Shown here: piece by piece, positions 18,569 to 26,276 of the stretch
Layout: each line of letters begins with the position of its first letter
How positions within the stretch are numbered: the stretch's first letter is position 1
Sequence record: phage_1
Direction: 5' to 3' (one strand)
Length of the DNA: 64,000 nt
Notes under the pieces: model-generated
Database searches by the model: none
Told to the model about the DNA's origin: nothing
What the model saw: only the letters and a program-made list of their open reading frames with translations
Translations under genes and position numbers: made by a program

Positions 18569-19214
18569 TATTCTCAAAAACTTAGACGAGCAGCAGGAAA
18601 AAGAAGTCATTACTGTTGCGCGTGAGTCCATCTCTACGGAGAAGGAACGTGAGTATTGCATGTGGGTTAAACCCACTGAAGAAGGTTGGCAATGGCTGTT
18701 TGGTCAGACAGGTGAAACGTTCCTGGATGTGATTATGCCGGTCGTTAACGGCAAACGTCGTGTGCGGTTGTCCACCGATAAAACCGCAGTGTTGACGTTA
18801 AAACGGCAAGCATCTGACGGACGTATCGAAGAGAACTCGGATATCGGGTTTGCTTCGGGTCTGACCTTCTACGAAGATGGCAATCTTGCACATCTCGTGC
18901 GTCGTATCAAACTCGAACCAGGTGAACTGGCAGAGCAAGGTGCGAAGCATTGGGATATTGATCTGTTCTTTAAACTGGCAGGTCACCCAGTTATCGAATC
19001 GCAGGCAGGTTTCGAAGACCTTGTCAACGAACTGCGCGACTCCACGACATTCGGCGAGTGGGTAAAAGTCGAACTGGAAGTTGAGCGATTTGAGCTGACG
19101 TCTATCAAGGACGTATTGCCGTTTGCAGTAGAAGACGCTATTCCAGGCAACCCGTCGGATGCTGAAGCCCAGGAAGTCATTCGGAACTACTGGGATAATG
19201 AAACCCGCATCTAA
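18552..19214 (+). CDS. CYTH/triphosphate-tunnel-fold protein with an acidic propeptide, probable processed head protein
   Basis: EKERE, RVRL, LTLK, IEE, RRIK, WDID, VELEV in CYTH order; N-terminal segment ends at VARE-S. Confidence 0.6.
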   Translation: MMGLFDILKNLDEQQEKEVITVARESISTEKEREYCMWVKPTEEGWQWLFGQTGETFLDVIMPVVNGKRRVRLSTDKTAVLTLKRQASDGRIEENSDIGFASGLTFYEDGNLAHLVRRIKLEPGELAEQGAKHWDIDLFFKLAGHPVIESQAGFEDLVNELRDSTTFGEWVKVELEVERFELTSIKDVLPFAVEDAIPGNPSDAEAQEVIRNYWDNETRI

Positions 19215-19217
19215 GTC

Positions 19218-19254
19218 GTGCCCTCTCCTTCGGGAGAGGGTATCTTTATTTTTT
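19218..19254 (+). terminator. Intrinsic terminator
   Basis: GTGCCCTCTCC-TTCG-GGAGAGGGTAT followed by TTTATTTTTT. Confidence 0.85.
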
Positions 19255-19272
19255 ATCTTAAGGAGTATGTAA

Positions 19273-19635
19273 ATGCAAATCGGCTTCTTCTTTAATCGTC
19301 ACGGAATCGTGTTTGTTTGTGGTGTTCCGGATAGTGACGGGAGACGTGTACNCANNTTAGAACTCGACGAAACATCTATGGTNGNGTGGAAAGAGAAACT
19401 TGCNCCCTTCGCAGAAGGTAAGTTTCAACTATTGCAACTCTACACGCAAGCTGCGTCGCCACGCGTGGCTTTCTCTAGGCTTGGGGACAGTGAAGACACC
19501 ACACACCTGGTTATCTTCAGTGGGCAGCCTGGTCGTGTATTGAGCGAATTATTGATGGGATTCAACCCGCCTAGCAAGCCCAGGATGAATACGTACAATG
19601 TGCACGACAGTAGTCAAATTCTTATTCTTCGATAA
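19273..19635 (+). CDS. Hypothetical protein, 120 aa
   Basis: AAGGAG SD. Confidence 0.7.
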   Translation: MQIGFFFNRHGIVFVCGVPDSDGRRVXXLELDETSMXXWKEKLXPFAEGKFQLLQLYTQAASPRVAFSRLGDSEDTTHLVIFSGQPGRVLSELLMGFNPPSKPRMNTYNVHDSSQILILR

Positions 19636-19683
19636 TTTACGGCCACGGCTGTACGTATGTAAAAGACCTCAAGGAGAACTATA

Positions 19684-20103
19684 ATGAACAATATCGCGTT
19701 TGAAAAAGGCGTTGGCTTACTTCTGAACAACACCATCGTCGCTGGCACTAATAACGCNAACTGGGAAGCGTTAGCACAACGTCTCAAAGACAAGCCGGTG
19801 AAAATCGTGGTGACGAGCGAGTTACCGTTAAACGGCACAATGGCAAACTGTGGTCCAATGTTTGCAGCGTTTAATGTCGACTATGATTGCGGCTCCGCTT
19901 TCTTACAAAACGCCGCGTTACGTAGCCGTCTGTACAGCTGGCGTTTACTAGGTCCGGTAAGTAAAGCCGCAGGTCAAATGGTTAACCAGGGAACACCGAT
20001 GTCGGGTGTAGAAGACCAGACTATCGCCGTTGTCGTTTCTCGCGCAACCGGCCAGCTTAACTTTGCAATCTGCTACGCGTATCAGGAGGAGGAGTATGTT
20101 TAG
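19684..20103 (+). CDS. Hypothetical protein, 139 aa
   Basis: AAGGAG SD; overlaps the next start. Confidence 0.75.
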   Translation: MNNIAFEKGVGLLLNNTIVAGTNNXNWEALAQRLKDKPVKIVVTSELPLNGTMANCGPMFAAFNVDYDCGSAFLQNAALRSRLYSWRLLGPVSKAAGQMVNQGTPMSGVEDQTIAVVVSRATGQLNFAICYAYQEEEYV

Positions 20104-20956
20104 TATCATTCAGCAAGTTCAAGCGGTCGAAGAGTGGTTTCGGCAAGCGGATATTTACCAATACGGGACACGCGAGCAGCAGCTAGCCAAGTTCTATCGC
20201 ACATTAGGCGACGTCGCTGAAGGTGTGCAGAAGATGGACAACTTGAAAGTGGCGGCGGCCATGGGTCGCTCTCTTTGGGCGTTCGTTGGTCTGTTGCACT
20301 TCGGCAAGCACACGAACGTGGGAGATTTCGTTATTCCACTGGATGCAGCTATAAAAGACCGCACCACGGGAAACACCAAAGAGTTCCGTCTTCATAACCT
20401 TTTTGTTGTTGCCACCGAAGTGGTTGGACTCATATTGCAAGATGAGCACGAGCCCCACAGCTACGTTACCGAGCTGCATAGTTTGGCGCGACAATACCGA
20501 ATGTTGGCGCGTATCTGCGGCCTGGAATTCGGCCGTGTAATATACAACGGACATCGTGTGCTAATCAACACGAAAGGTGAAATGAACGGCATCGGGTTGT
20601 TTGTTCCCGCGTCTGATGATTTTACTGGCGATAAATTGCCTGGTTCTAGACAGATGTCTGGGCCAGCCATCTGTCTGATGTTCCAGACTGTCCTGGACAG
20701 TTGTGTCGCTACGCACCTTGCGCCCTATTGCCACCGGCCGTTTAAACGCGACGAGTTGCCGACAATCAATGCTGCACTCGCAACTACGTTAAACGAACTG
20801 CTGGACAAATATGTTCGTGACTCAGTGCGCTGGAATCGTATCCTGTTCGAACGTGTACCTGAAATAACCGCAGCCTACACAGATGGCGGTGTGAATGTGG
20901 TGATGAATGATGATCTACTTTACTTATTTGAAAGCTTAAAGAGGGATAGTATCTAA
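20096..20956 (+). CDS. Degenerate MazG-like (all-alpha NTP pyrophosphatase) protein, 286 aa
   Basis: GGAGGAG SD supports ATG 20096. Gap-free similarity to the MazG domain of 24308-25249, but the metal-binding acids are replaced. Confidence 0.6.
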   Translation: MFSIIQQVQAVEEWFRQADIYQYGTREQQLAKFYRTLGDVAEGVQKMDNLKVAAAMGRSLWAFVGLLHFGKHTNVGDFVIPLDAAIKDRTTGNTKEFRLHNLFVVATEVVGLILQDEHEPHSYVTELHSLARQYRMLARICGLEFGRVIYNGHRVLINTKGEMNGIGLFVPASDDFTGDKLPGSRQMSGPAICLMFQTVLDSCVATHLAPYCHRPFKRDELPTINAALATTLNELLDKYVRDSVRWNRILFERVPEITAAYTDGGVNVVMNDDLLYLFESLKRDSI

Positions 20957-21987
20957 TGAAACAGTATCTTGAAATGATGCAGAATATTCTGGATGAAGGG
21001 CATGTTAAAGGCGATCGTACTGGGACAGGGACGCTCTCCGTCTTTGGTCGCCAAATGCGTTTTGATTTGCGCAAAGGTTTCCCGTTAGTCACGACTAAGA
21101 AACTCCACCTGCGTTCTATTATTCACGAACTGCTGTGGTTCCTTAGTGGCGATACCAACACCAAATATCTGGAAGATAACGGCGTTACCATTTGGCGGGA
21201 GTGGCAAGATGAAAATGGGAACCTTGGCCCCCTGTATGGGGAACAGTGGAGACGTTGGAAAGATGTGAAACTGGTGCCTAAGAAAAATGCAGCTTTACTC
21301 GAGAAACTGCAAGATGCTGGATACGTGGATTATGGCGACGCGGACGACGGTTCACAAATGTTCGATGCGCGTGTACTTCTGAAACTACACGACCAAATCT
21401 CTAAGGTGATTGACCAACTGCGTAACGATCCTGACAGTCGCCGTATTATTGTCAGCGCATGGAATGTGGGTGAGTTGGATCAAATGGCGTTAGCGCCGTG
21501 TCATGCTTTCTTCCAATTTTACACTCGTGAGCTGTCTATCGACGAGCGGGTGAATTGGGCAGAAGATAACGATAACGAACTCTGGTCTGATTATGTCCAC
21601 AGCACGTACGTACCCGCACCTAAGCGATTAGAGTGGTTGGATAAAGCCAACGTGCCAACCCGTATGTTGTCATGTCAGCTGTATGCACGTTCCCAAGACT
21701 TCTTCCTGGGAACACCGTTCAACATCGCGTCTTACGCATTACTCGTACACATGGTAGCTCAGCAAGTTAACATGGTCCCGGGCGATTTCGTTTGGAGTGG
21801 TGGTGACGTACATCTGTACTCCAACCATCTGGAACAGGCTAAATTGCAGCTGACGCGCCAACCTTTACCTTTACCGAAACTGGTCATCAAGCGTAAACCG
21901 GATTCTATCTTCGATTATAAGTTCGAAGATTTCGAAATCCGGGATCACGTATCCCATGAAAAAATATCTGCACCTGTCGCTATCTAA
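20956..21987 (+). CDS. thyA: Thymidylate synthase
   Basis: [34 protein letters not shown] (catalytic Cys), [26 protein letters not shown]. Confidence 0.97.
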   Translation: MKQYLEMMQNILDEGHVKGDRTGTGTLSVFGRQMRFDLRKGFPLVTTKKLHLRSIIHELLWFLSGDTNTKYLEDNGVTIWREWQDENGNLGPLYGEQWRRWKDVKLVPKKNAALLEKLQDAGYVDYGDADDGSQMFDARVLLKLHDQISKVIDQLRNDPDSRRIIVSAWNVGELDQMALAPCHAFFQFYTRELSIDERVNWAEDNDNELWSDYVHSTYVPAPKRLEWLDKANVPTRMLSCQLYARSQDFFLGTPFNIASYALLVHMVAQQVNMVPGDFVWSGGDVHLYSNHLEQAKLQLTRQPLPLPKLVIKRKPDSIFDYKFEDFEIRDHVSHEKISAPVAI

Positions 21988-21999
21988 TTAGGAGCGTTT

Positions 22000-22536
22000 A
22001 TGGCTGACAACGTCGTTCCATTCAAACCTAAAGTGGCGGTTGCTACGGACGAACCGCCGTTTATTCCTGTCAATGGACAGAAGATCATCGAGTTTCCAGA
22101 CGAACATCGTGGACAATTGCACGTTCCACAACCGGACGGGACGATGAAAGCTATCGGTTTCCCGATAGCTGAACAAGAATGGTGGACGCTTCTGGCCATC
22201 CAGATGATGTCGCGTGGTCTGGGTGTGTCTACGGAACCTGTCGTTCGCATTAATACCGACCCGTATATCCACGAACAAGGCAGTTGGATGGAACGACGTC
22301 GGACAATGGAGATGCAGATTAGCAAAGAAACGCTTTTGCAAATCGCAGAATCCACACCTTTCATCCTGACCTCATCTTTTAACGGGGATATGGATGAAGA
22401 CCTCTACATGCACCTTTCAGGCTTAGCAGCTGAGCACCGTATTGCAGAAGAAGAGCCTATCTATACCGAAGCGATGATTATCCATCCGACCGGCTTAGAA
22501 GGTAATACCTTTAAACTGATTTGGGTGGAGCTATGA
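22000..22536 (+). CDS. Hypothetical protein, 178 aa
   Basis: AGGAG SD. Confidence 0.75.
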   Translation: MADNVVPFKPKVAVATDEPPFIPVNGQKIIEFPDEHRGQLHVPQPDGTMKAIGFPIAEQEWWTLLAIQMMSRGLGVSTEPVVRINTDPYIHEQGSWMERRRTMEMQISKETLLQIAESTPFILTSSFNGDMDEDLYMHLSGLAAEHRIAEEEPIYTEAMIIHPTGLEGNTFKLIWVEL

Positions 22537-22784
22537 CTGACCGACTTACTAAAACAATTCGACTACCACAAGAGCGTAATGTTCGCAAAGGCGTTGTTTT
22601 AACGGGGGAACAACGGGTTGAATTAAAGGCCCTGTTCCCGGAACAAACCGATTATCATGTCGACCAAACGGNATTAAAAGAGTTTGCAAAGAACGCTCCT
22701 GAAATGCTGCTGCGTAAGAAAGAAGAAGAACTGAATATGCTCCGTAACAGCGTAGACGTTCTCTTTAAAACAATGGAGAAATAA
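22533..22784 (+). CDS. Hypothetical protein, 83 aa
   Basis: GGAG SD and an ATGA overlap place the start at 22533. Confidence 0.7.
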   Translation: MTDRLTKTIRLPQERNVRKGVVLTGEQRVELKALFPEQTDYHVDQTXLKEFAKNAPEMLLRKKEEELNMLRNSVDVLFKTMEK

Positions 22785-22785
22785 G

Positions 22786-23553
22786 ATGATGAAGCTCTTT
22801 GCGTTCTCCGATGAATTCTACACAGTGGAATTCGACGACTACGAATACGGGTTATTAGGGGCCGTCGACATGGAAGACGCTAAACGGCAGCTTCCCACTA
22901 GCGAAATAGAAATCATTGAGATTGGGGAAACTAATCTTAGTGGTATTTTGATGCTGGGGCGGCGACCNCGNCCTGNGGAACCNGNGNNGGAAAAANAGNA
23001 AANGNNANNGNTTTTTTTGGTTTTTGAGCCGAAAGACCCCGCAGCGATAGCGAAGGTAGTCGATACGTTACGGCCACAGATTGGCGTCGCGATTGAAAAT
23101 TATCGNTGGGCTCGTTTCTCAGGCGACACGCCGATATTTTCGAATAAGCACTGGTTGTTATGTATCAACAACGACACGATAATGGTACCGTTAACAGGGG
23201 AGAAGAATTTTGAAGATAACTTCGTCCCTGGCGAAGAGTCTGTTATCTTCGAGTATACCCATGTCATCGGAAAGCCGAGCTTCTACCAAGTTCTGATTGA
23301 TGTCTTGACTCACGTCGGTCGAACCATCGAATACCACTACTGGGCACGCCAGGCGCGTTCTAAATGGTTCTCGTTGACGTACGTCGAAGGTTGGGAACGT
23401 GTTGTTGAAAAGATTGACGGGCGCTATGAGCAGATTTGGTTCCTGAACCCGGCTTTCCGTGAAGAATTACCCGCATGGGTAAAAGAAGAGGCGAGCAAGC
23501 TGACGGTTGGCTTTACTAAGCAGGGCGCGCCGTATATGGTTAACTACAAATAA
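22786..23553 (+). CDS. Hypothetical protein, 255 aa
   Basis: GGAG SD; tightly packed in the operon. Confidence 0.7.
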   Translation: MMKLFAFSDEFYTVEFDDYEYGLLGAVDMEDAKRQLPTSEIEIIEIGETNLSGILMLGRRXXPXEXXXEKXXXXXXFLVFEPKDPAAIAKVVDTLRPQIGVAIENYXWARFSGDTPIFSNKHWLLCINNDTIMVPLTGEKNFEDNFVPGEESVIFEYTHVIGKPSFYQVLIDVLTHVGRTIEYHYWARQARSKWFSLTYVEGWERVVEKIDGRYEQIWFLNPAFREELPAWVKEEASKLTVGFTKQGAPYMVNYK

Positions 23554-23564
23554 GGTGAAAACAG

Positions 23565-24044
23565 ATGTCTATAACTCGGATCGATTATCGTGCCGTAGTA
23601 AAAGAACTGTCCAAAGGTCTTATCGAACTGGACTCCGATGAAGCCCGCAACTGTGGCTTCCTGCCACACATTGCACTGAGTGAGTTCCGTACCATCCGTT
23701 ACGGTGCCGGTCGTCAGAAGGGCGTTACAACACACACCGTTGATATGTCAGCAAAGTTCCACGGCAGCGTTCTGTATCTGGTCCACAATGAATCGTTACG
23801 AAACGAAGTAGTGGAGAAGTTCCATGAAAAGGCTGCCGGGAACGGTTGGTTGACCGTGCACTGTAACTACTTGCCTGAGGGTTGGAAACGCGCGACAGGT
23901 GCTGGTATATCCGGCTACGAGAAATTCGGCTTGGTTATTGTCGACGAAGCGGGTTTCTTCTTCAACAAGTTCAGTTACGATAAAATCTATCGCAGTCTGG
24001 TTGACGTAGTAACGCCAGACGTTGTGATTCACCTGATTAATTAA
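23565..24044 (+). CDS. Small P-loop-like ATPase domain protein with a degenerate Walker A
   Basis: GAGRQKGVTT (K to V), VLYLVHN strand, Walker B LVIVDE. Confidence 0.5.
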   Translation: MSITRIDYRAVVKELSKGLIELDSDEARNCGFLPHIALSEFRTIRYGAGRQKGVTTHTVDMSAKFHGSVLYLVHNESLRNEVVEKFHEKAAGNGWLTVHCNYLPEGWKRATGAGISGYEKFGLVIVDEAGFFFNKFSYDKIYRSLVDVVTPDVVIHLIN

Positions 24045-24056
24045 GTAGAGGAAAAT

Positions 24057-24245
24057 ATGGCTGGAGAACTCGGTCGTGGGCAAGCCACAACGTTCATGTA
24101 TCGTGATGGGTTAGGTGCGGATGTAAACATGTCTCCGGATGACGAGATGGTTATCCCTGGACTTGACCCCGACGCAGGTGTGGAAGGTGGCGTTGACCCG
24201 TCGAAAGACGACGACAACTGCACTGGTGGTGCGTGCAAGATTTAA
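24057..24245 (+). CDS. 62-aa acidic microprotein ending in an NrdA-like redox tail (CTGGACKI)
   Basis: GAGGA SD at 24048-24052; the terminator follows immediately. C-terminus PSKDDDNCTGGACKI resembles the E. coli NrdA end PSIQDDGCESGACKI (recalled). Confidence 0.75.
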   Translation: MAGELGRGQATTFMYRDGLGADVNMSPDDEMVIPGLDPDAGVEGGVDPSKDDDNCTGGACKI

Positions 24246-24254
24246 AATACGTAT

Positions 24255-24289
24255 TAGGGTGTCCATATGGACACCCTACTTATTTTTTT
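24255..24289 (+). terminator. Intrinsic terminator (perfect 24-bp palindrome)
   Basis: TAGGGTGTCC-ATAT-GGACACCCTA then CTTATTTTTTT. Confidence 0.85.
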
Positions 24290-24307
24290 GTTTAAGGAGC
24301 TATCAAA

Positions 24308-25249
24308 ATGGGCGAACGTTTCATTATCCAGATTCCGTATAACGTTATTGTTGAACCTAATCAGTACCTGGCACAGATTAATGAGCTTCTGGCTGGATTC
24401 TGCCAACGTCAGTTTGTTAAACCGNGGTCCTTTGANAAACTNTACACCCTNTGCGNGAACAGNGAAACCGGTCACACTTACGTCGAAGGTAAAGTCTTCA
24501 NAGGCNACCAGCGTTTGGAAANAAATGATTTCGAAATGCCGTGGACGTTGGAGGGTGTCGAATATCGTGGTACGGTTGATCGCCCGCGTTACGTGCCTTT
24601 GTACACCATCCCACAATGTATTACTAACGTTATGGGTTGGTCTAAAGCGCGTGGTATTCTGGATAACGGCGTCTGGTATAGCCAAGCCACCAAACTCTAC
24701 GAAGAAGACGGTGAAGCAGCAACCGGCATCAGCAAAACCAAAGAACGTCTTATCATGGACGGCCTAGGCGATGCAATGGTGGTACTGGTTAACTTGATGG
24801 AACTCATTAAGTTTGACTCAACCGATATCACCACATACGTCAACGACGCACGTTCAAAGAAACCACACGCCGGGAACAGTCATTACCTGTTCCACAAAAT
24901 GCGTTTCCATCTTACTTGTGCAGTTGATTATATCTGGGATCAGGCAGGCATCGACTCAGCTAAGCAACTCGAATATAAACACTTCGAGAACAGCGACGCG
25001 GTAATGATCGAATGTCACTTCGCGCAGATGGTCGAATACGCCAATGCGCTGGCTAATGCGTACAACATTACCCTGGAACAGTGCTTCTCACTGGCTTGGG
25101 ATGAAATCAAAGACCGTAAGGGTTTCCTGAACGCGGACGGTATCTTCGTTAAAGAAGCAGACATGACCGCTGCTGAAATCGAAGTAAACGGTTCCCTTAC
25201 TGTAAAAGATGAGGCGCTTACCGATGGCGAAGAAACTGTTCACGGTTGA
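24308..25249 (+). CDS. MazG-like nucleotide pyrophosphohydrolase with an extra N-terminal domain
   Basis: W..ARGI, QATKLYEEDGEA, DGLGDAMVVL, LEQCFSLAWDEIKDRKG...GIFVKEAD match the phage MazG-like family. Confidence 0.8.
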   Translation: MGERFIIQIPYNVIVEPNQYLAQINELLAGFCQRQFVKPXSFXKXYTXCXNXETGHTYVEGKVFXGXQRLEXNDFEMPWTLEGVEYRGTVDRPRYVPLYTIPQCITNVMGWSKARGILDNGVWYSQATKLYEEDGEAATGISKTKERLIMDGLGDAMVVLVNLMELIKFDSTDITTYVNDARSKKPHAGNSHYLFHKMRFHLTCAVDYIWDQAGIDSAKQLEYKHFENSDAVMIECHFAQMVEYANALANAYNITLEQCFSLAWDEIKDRKGFLNADGIFVKEADMTAAEIEVNGSLTVKDEALTDGEETVHG

Positions 25250-25646
25250 TTACGATGAATACGTTGATCGTTTACTGGTCAACAATATCGTCTGGGAAGA
25301 CCACGGTCTAATGCCATGGCATCTGAAACTCCTAGCGGAGCGTTCAGAACAATGCGGTGGTTTGGAGTTCGTACTCACCGACACACCAATTCCGGTACCT
25401 CATATTGCGCCGGTAGAAAATCTGTACTTCTTCGATGCTAATGTGAAGTTATTACAGCAGGTACTCTATACGCATGACTGGCGTGGTGGTTGTCAGTTCC
25501 CAGAGAACGTTCTAAAGCTCTCTGAGCGCTTCGGCACCGACATTGCATACTGTCAAACGTTCCCAAAAGACTTGGGACGAAACAGCGTGGTACTGTGGTA
25601 TTACCCTCCGGTAAAAGACATCGTGAAAGTGATTATCGAACGCTAA
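25224..25646 (+). CDS. Hypothetical protein, 140 aa
   Basis: GAGG SD before ATG 25224; ends at the bidirectional terminator. Confidence 0.7.
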   Translation: MAKKLFTVDYDEYVDRLLVNNIVWEDHGLMPWHLKLLAERSEQCGGLEFVLTDTPIPVPHIAPVENLYFFDANVKLLQQVLYTHDWRGGCQFPENVLKLSERFGTDIAYCQTFPKDLGRNSVVLWYYPPVKDIVKVIIER

Positions 25647-25701
25647 AAAATAAAAGCAAACGAGTACCCCGTAAGGGGTACTCGCGTTACTTATTTTTTT
25701 T
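25645..25701. terminator. Bidirectional intrinsic terminator
   Basis: CGAGTACCCC-GTAA-GGGGTACTCG with A- and T-tracts between convergent genes. Confidence 0.85.
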
Positions 25702-25702
25702 G

Positions 25703-26254
25703 TTACGCTTGAGTCATGTCGGAGATGTCATAAACCAGACCGTTCAACTCAGTAACGGTGATCAGTTTACTGATATCGACACCATCGCTCGGAACTTCGG
25801 TCAAATAAACTTCAACCGTACCCGTCCACGCCAGTGACTTTCCATTGAAACGCAAATTGTGTTTCGTGGAAGACGTCATTGACTCGTTTGCGTAGATCTC
25901 CGATACGTCAATCATCCAGTTATACTTAGCCTGCAATAACGGGACAAGATCAGCAGCAGTAGATGCGCTACTACCGTCCACAGACAGCACCACGTTTTCA
26001 AACAGGTGGGCTACGTCCAATCGACGGTAAGTAAGACCCATCTTACCAAACGTACCTTTCTCAACGATACCAGAAACATCGAGACTGGTGTTCAGTCTGG
26101 TGTACTGTTCTGGGTCAGGATCGGCTGCGGTGATGTGCGACGGGTTACCGAACGACAATTTATCGATGGTCACGCCCTTACCAGTCAGTCCGGGATTCTG
26201 GGACACGATAAGATCGTAAACCAACTCTTTTGCGGTCTTTCCAAATAAACTCAT
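25703..26254 (-). CDS. Putative tail/baseplate structural protein, 183 aa
   Basis: Last gene of the tape measure operon; the TYRRLDV motif recurs in phiKZ-like structural proteins. Confidence 0.6.
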   Translation of the reverse strand: MSLFGKTAKELVYDLIVSQNPGLTGKGVTIDKLSFGNPSHITAADPDPEQYTRLNTSLDVSGIVEKGTFGKMGLTYRRLDVAHLFENVVLSVDGSSASTAADLVPLLQAKYNWMIDVSEIYANESMTSSTKHNLRFNGKSLAWTGTVEVYLTEVPSDGVDISKLITVTELNGLVYDISDMTQA

Positions 26255-26276
26255 AATGCGCTACCTCTGTGGTGTA

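Noticed and set aside
20956-21987. dCMP hydroxymethylase (modified-base pathway)
   Set aside because: It keeps the dUMP-specifying Asn (PFNIASY) and all ThyA motifs; no base-modification genes are nearby.
24057-24245. The NrdA-like ORF as a decayed nrdA pseudogene fragment
   Set aside because: It has its own ATG and SD, a non-NrdA spacer, and an intact unrelated gene 12 nt upstream with no NrdA-like residue in other frames that I could see. Not fully excluded without a tBLASTn.
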